Of a stretch of 64,000 nt of DNA, positions 60,961 through 64,000 are shown piece by piece. Under the pieces are notes generated by a model. It made no database searches. It was not told the DNA's origin and saw only the letters and a list, made by a program, of their open reading frames with translations. Numbering within the stretch: the stretch's first letter is position 1; each line of letters opens with the position of its first letter. Made by a program: the position numbers and the translations under genes. Source of the DNA: Spirochaetia bacterium (GTDB taxonomy: Bacteria > Spirochaetota > Spirochaetia > SZUA-6 > Bin103); NCBI GenBank assembly GCA_965203515.1, contig OZ241907.1, positions 96,001-160,000 of the forward strand. Reading direction: 5' to 3'.

Positions 60961-62267
60961 AGGGCGCGGGCCGCCTCCAGCAGCCGGGCGCGGTCGTTGG
61001 CGTCCGGGTCGGCCAGCACCGCCTGCAGCAGGCCGTTCAACAGCCGCCCGATCTGCGGCCCGGGCCGCAGACCCAGCTCGCGCTGCAGTGCCGTGCCGTC
61101 GACGGCCAGCTCGCGGATCGACAGCGCGTGGCCGCCGGCTGCCTGCGACCGCATGCGCCGGGCGAGCGGCGGGTCGATCGCGCCGACCGCCCGGCGGACG
61201 GCGATGGCGTCCGCGGCGCCGTCGCGCCCGACCGCGGCCAGCAGCCGGCGGAGGTCGGCGTCGGAGCTGTCCGCGGTGATCGGGACCGCCAGGCTGCCGA
61301 TCGCGGCGGCTACCCGCCGGATCACCCCGTTCGGAAAGCGGAGTCGAACCAGCGCCGCCTGCGCGCGGGCCGCTGCCGCCGGTGCGTTCGCGGCGGCCAG
61401 CGGCGCGAGCAACACCGCCAGCAGCATCGCCAGCCGTTGCGCCGCCTCGGGCGGCGCAGCGTCGATGCGGGCGTACCGCGCCGCGCCGGCGTCTGCGCCG
61501 CCCGGGCCGGCGCGCTCGCTGCCGCCCGGCTCGGGGAAGCCCGGCTCGGGGAAGCAGAGTTCCATGAGCCCGGCGCGCTCCAGCAGGTGCAGACCCACCG
61601 ACGGCGCTGGCGCCGCCAGCAGGCGCCGCAACTCCTCGCAGACCCGCTCGGCCGCGACCCGTCGTGCGGTCGGAACGGCGGCGCGCATCGCCCGTACCGT
61701 GTCGGCGTCCACCGTGAGGTTCAGCTCCGCAGCCAGCCGACACCCCCGGAACGGGCGCAATCCGTCCTCGGCAAACCGCTCCCGCGCGCTGCCTACGGTG
61801 CGCAGGCGCCGCGCGGCCAGATCGGCGCGGCCGCCGTGCGGGTCGCGCAGGGCGCCGGCAGCCAGATCGATGGCGATCGCGTTGATCGTGAAGTCTCGCC
61901 GCGCCAGGTCCTCGTCGATGGTGCCGGCGAAGCGAACCGAGTCCGGGCGTCGACCGTCGGAGTACCGGGAGTCGGTGCGGAAGGTCGTGACCTCGAATCG
62001 GCGGTCGGCGAACAGCACGGTCACCGTGCCGTGGCGGATGCCGGTCGGTATGGTGCGGCGGTAGAGCCGCTGCACGCGGTCCGGCGGAGCGCCGGTGGCG
62101 ATGTCCCAGTCCCAATCACCACCCGGCCGGCGCCCCAGCATGAGGTTGCGGACCGCGCCGCCGACCAGCCAGGCGCCGTACCCGGCGTCGATCAGGACGC
62201 GGGCGAAGCGGCGTACGTCGGCGGGCACCGATGCCATGAGCGATTCCCGCGCGTCGTCCGATCCCAT
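60894..62267 (-). CDS. cca: CCA tRNA nucleotidyltransferase (class II)
   Basis: LVGGAVRN, DWDIAT, EVTTFR, DLARRDFTINA, RFAEDGLR, ERV..EL. Confidence 0.88.
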   Translation of the reverse strand: MGSDDARESLMASVPADVRRFARVLIDAGYGAWLVGGAVRNLMLGRRPGGDWDWDIATGAPPDRVQRLYRRTIPTGIRHGTVTVLFADRRFEVTTFRTDSRYSDGRRPDSVRFAGTIDEDLARRDFTINAIAIDLAAGALRDPHGGRADLAARRLRTVGSARERFAEDGLRPFRGCRLAAELNLTVDADTVRAMRAAVPTARRVAAERVCEELRRLLAAPAPSVGLHLLERAGLMELCFPEPGFPEPGGSERAGPGGADAGAARYARIDAAPPEAAQRLAMLLAVLLAPLAAANAPAAAARAQAALVRLRFPNGVIRRVAAAIGSLAVPITADSSDADLRRLLAAVGRDGAADAIAVRRAVGAIDPPLARRMRSQAAGGHALSIRELAVDGTALQRELGLRPGPQIGRLLNGLLQAVLADPDANDRARLLEAARALQSAAGGRAPSLPPSSLPASSA

Positions 62268-62270
62268 CCG

Positions 62271-62307
62271 AAGGCCGCCTTCAGGGTAAAGGCCGCCTTC
62301 AGGGTAA
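62271..62307. repeat. 18-bp direct repeat x2 in the divergent cca/thiN intergenic region
   Basis: AAGGCCGCCTTCAGGGTA repeated head to tail. Confidence 0.85.
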
Positions 62308-62347
62308 CGGAAGGCGGCGCCGTGCCGGTATCCGGTATCCTCTCGGC

Positions 62348-62989
62348 ATGTCGTTGACCGGTCTCTTGCTCACCGGCGGGAACGGCCCCCGCCGCGCCGA
62401 CCTGGAGCCGTTCCTGGCCGCCGCGGGGCCGGTCGTCGCAGCCGATTCCGGCTACGACCTGGCGCTGGCGCTGGGCCTGCGCCCCGACCTGATCGTCGGC
62501 GACATGGACTCGGTGCGCGCAGCCCGCCTGCCGGAGGAACGGGTGCGCCGCTATCCGCGTGACAAGGATCGCACCGACACCGAGCTCGGTCTGCAGGCGC
62601 TCGTGGAGTTGGGCTGCGATCGGGTGGTGATCGCCGGCGGCGGCGGCGGCCGGCTGGACCACCTGCTGTTCATCGCCGCGCTCTTCGAGCGGGACACGGT
62701 GCCGCTCTGCTGGATCACCGCGCATGAGCACGTGGAGGCGATTCGCGGCACCGCGGCCTGGTGCGGCTGCGTAGGGCAGACGGTGTCGTTTCTGCCGCTG
62801 TCGCAGGGCGCGGCGATCAAGCGTTCGGAAGGGCTGCGCTGGCCGCTCGACGGGCTCCGCTGGCGCCCGGGAGAGGGTGGCGTCAGCAACGTCATCACCG
62901 CCTCGCCCATGCGGGTGACGATGGCGGCGGGCGCGTTGCTGATGATCCGATCGTTCGACCTGCGCCGGGTCGGCGGCGCGCCGGCATAG
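62348..62989 (+). CDS. thiN: Thiamine diphosphokinase
   Basis: AADSG, VGDMDS, KDRTDTELG, GGRLDH, GLRWPL, GVSN. Confidence 0.93.
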   Translation: MSLTGLLLTGGNGPRRADLEPFLAAAGPVVAADSGYDLALALGLRPDLIVGDMDSVRAARLPEERVRRYPRDKDRTDTELGLQALVELGCDRVVIAGGGGGRLDHLLFIAALFERDTVPLCWITAHEHVEAIRGTAAWCGCVGQTVSFLPLSQGAAIKRSEGLRWPLDGLRWRPGEGGVSNVITASPMRVTMAAGALLMIRSFDLRRVGGAPA

Positions 62990-63019
62990 CCGGCGGCCCG
63001 CGCGGTCGGCGCCGCGCGG

Positions 63020-63889
63020 TCAGGGTCCGGCCGGCTGCTCCTGCGGGGGGCGCGGGTCCGGCGCGTCGCCGGCCAGCGGCACGCCCAGCACCTGACCGAG
63101 CAGGTCGGTCGGCGAACGGCTCAGCAGGTCCGCCAATTGCGGGAACTCGGCCAGCGTGCTGCCCAGCCGGCGCAGCATCTCGGCGTGCTGGCGCGCCTGC
63201 TCCTCTACCAGCGCCAGGTCTTCGATGACCGCCAACCGTGCGCGTAGCTGCGTTTCGATGCGCGTCTCCAGCGCTGCCTTGGCGCGCGCGTACAGGTCGG
63301 GATCCGGAATCTCGAGTGGGGGCGTCAGATCGATCGCCACGATCTTCAGTTCGGGGCTTCGCACGGCGAGCCGGCTGCGGATGCGCTCCTTGAGCGCCGG
63401 GATGTCCATCACCAGCGCTGCTCCATCGTCCGACAACAGCAAGGCGGCGGCCTCATCGCCGGCGGCGGCGGTCGCCTGCTCGTACCAGGCCGTCAGCGTC
63501 TCCGGGCGCAGGTCCTCCGCTTCCGCCAGCTTCGGCAGGTCTTCCGGCCGCAGCCGCAGCCGCACGGTGATGCCGATGTCGTAGGAGAGCGCCGCCGGGT
63601 CGATCTCCGCTTCCGACGCGTACAGATCGGCCGACGGGAGGCGCGCGGCGACGCGGCGCGTCACCGTCTGCGGCGTCAGATCGAAGACGTACAGGGTCAT
63701 GTTGGTCGGGATCAGCCGCTCCCACCGCCAGGTGACGCCGCCTGGGGCGATGGCCGACCTGTCCCAGCCGCCCGACTTGGTGAAGGCGACGCCGTAGGCG
63801 CCGGCCGGCAGCGCCAACTCCACCCAGCCGACGAAGAATGCGGCGGCCGCCAGACCCACGATCAGCAGCAGGGTGATGGCGATCTTCAC
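63020..63889 (-). CDS. Membrane-anchored hypothetical protein, possibly SPFH/band-7-like
   Basis: GTG 63889, N-terminal TM helix, GV..TKSGG.....PG...WRWE.LIP, C-terminal coiled region. Confidence 0.65.
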   Translation of the reverse strand: MKIAITLLLIVGLAAAAFFVGWVELALPAGAYGVAFTKSGGWDRSAIAPGGVTWRWERLIPTNMTLYVFDLTPQTVTRRVAARLPSADLYASEAEIDPAALSYDIGITVRLRLRPEDLPKLAEAEDLRPETLTAWYEQATAAAGDEAAALLLSDDGAALVMDIPALKERIRSRLAVRSPELKIVAIDLTPPLEIPDPDLYARAKAALETRIETQLRARLAVIEDLALVEEQARQHAEMLRRLGSTLAEFPQLADLLSRSPTDLLGQVLGVPLAGDAPDPRPPQEQPAGP

Positions 63890-64000
63890 GTCATGCAGTA
63901 TATCGTGATCGGGATACCGTGACCGAGGCGCAGCGTGTGGATGAGCGCCGGACGATCGCTCCGGCGGTCGGCCGGGTTTCCGCAATGCTGTTCCTGCTCT

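Overview
A high-GC bacterial chromosome segment, most likely from a member of Spirochaetota. This rests on spirochaete-type gene order (murG-cvpA-holB-like-histidine kinase-sigma54 activator; stand-alone groES; a PUR/DUF3276 gene; a short SMC; hypothetical-rpmF-acpP-rnc). A host-associated lifestyle such as a sponge symbiont is only an inference, from the TPR, PhyH, Rpn and toxin-antitoxin content. Core genes include uvrB, murG, ppdK, polB, rnhB, smc, ffh-rpsP-khpA-rimM-trmD-rplS, rpmF-acpP-rnc, cca, thiN and tRNA-Gly(TCC). There are two accessory regions. (1) 1-3023 holds a P-loop ATPase plus a protein with ten 41-aa TPR-like repeats. (2) About 22.4-36.6 kb is an island in which fragments of a DUF1156 adenine methyltransferase gene recur at five places, interleaved with cargo. 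The cargo is a secreted beta-propeller, two tandem paralogous GSGYTSAPTV-repeat lipoproteins each preceded by a long poly-C tract exactly 56 bp before the ATG, and a duplicated hicBA/phd/Rpn module in which the toxin frames are broken or missing while antitoxin frames survive. One Rpn copy is split by an ISL3 element with an 8-bp target duplication. Other highlights are a perfect sigma54 promoter before an RpoS-like sigma factor next to a Hk2/Rrp2-like pair, a split tricorn-like cluster (apparently inactive S41-PDZ plus two TolB-like propellers) behind an FtsH paralogue, and a probable ATC start for rnhB. Several single-base frameshifts (smc, second TolB-like gene, possibly Rpn copy 1) look like sequencing indels. 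Family assignments come from motif recognition, not database searches.
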